The notes beneath the pieces were generated by a model. That model searched no databases and was not told where the DNA came from. It worked only from the letters and a program-made list of their open reading frames with translations. Of a stretch of 64,000 nt of DNA, positions 63,819-64,000 are shown piece after piece (position 1 is the first letter of the stretch; each line of letters begins with the position of its first letter). The position numbers were made by a program, and so were the translations under genes. Origin of the DNA: Thermoanaerobaculia bacterium (lineage in GTDB: Bacteria > Acidobacteriota > Thermoanaerobaculia > Gp7-AA8). The stretch is taken from assembly GCA_036399695.1 (NCBI GenBank), contig DASWMP010000322.1, positions 8,997 through 72,996 of the forward strand, read 5' to 3'.

Positions 63819-64000
63819 GTGAGCGAACAGGTCCAATCCACCCACTCGGATGCAGAGCAGGGCAAGTACGTGTACTGCATCATCAAGACGGAACAGCCGA
63901 AGGACTTCGGCTCGGTCGGCATCGGCGGCCGCGGCGACCGCGTCTATACCGTCCATTACAAAGAATTTGGCGCGGTCGTATCGAACTGCCCGCTGATCGT
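63819..64000 (+). CDS. gvpF: Gas vesicle protein GvpF/GvpL N-terminus, truncated by the window end.
   Basis: GAGGAG lies 6 nt before GTG 63819. KYVYCIIK...GSVGIGG...RVYTVHYKEFGAVVS matches the conserved GvpF/L N-terminal signature (LYxYGII...VYTVxYxxLxAVVS). Confidence 0.7.
   Translation, partial: MSEQVQSTHSDAEQGKYVYCIIKTEQPKDFGSVGIGGRGDRVYTVHYKEFGAVVSNCPLI

Noticed and set aside
1-64000. tRNA, rRNA, tmRNA and RNase P RNA genes.
   Set aside because: No T-loop (GGTTCGAATCC-like) or other hallmark motifs were found on either strand. None are called.

Overview
This is a 64-kb window of a high-G+C bacterial chromosome (roughly two-thirds GC by eye, strong GC3 bias). Gene content suggests an Acidobacteria-like soil bacterium, though that is inference. 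There are about 60 protein-coding genes. Most are housekeeping or metabolic: aroA, glgC, rph, xth, queC/queE, deoA/deoB, lipA, xerD, mutY, tyrA and carD/cdnL. Regulators include a hybrid histidine kinase, a GAF-GGDEF cyclase, TetR, AraC and a SpoIIE phosphatase. There is a DevBCA/MacAB-like tripartite efflux operon, a DUF433/DUF5615 toxin-antitoxin pair wedged between two YfhO-family paralogues, and a small Tat-signal protein translationally coupled to an amidase. A gas-vesicle gvpF/L gene begins at the right edge. I found no tRNA, rRNA or CRISPR. The most striking feature is the repeat load: at least nine unrelated families of short palindromic (REP/MITE-like) repeats plus two 21-bp-period tandem arrays occupy almost every intergenic gap. 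Several copies lie in-frame inside coding sequences: two different elements in one YfhO gene, one in tyrA, and one family that supplies stop codons and C-terminal residues to three genes.
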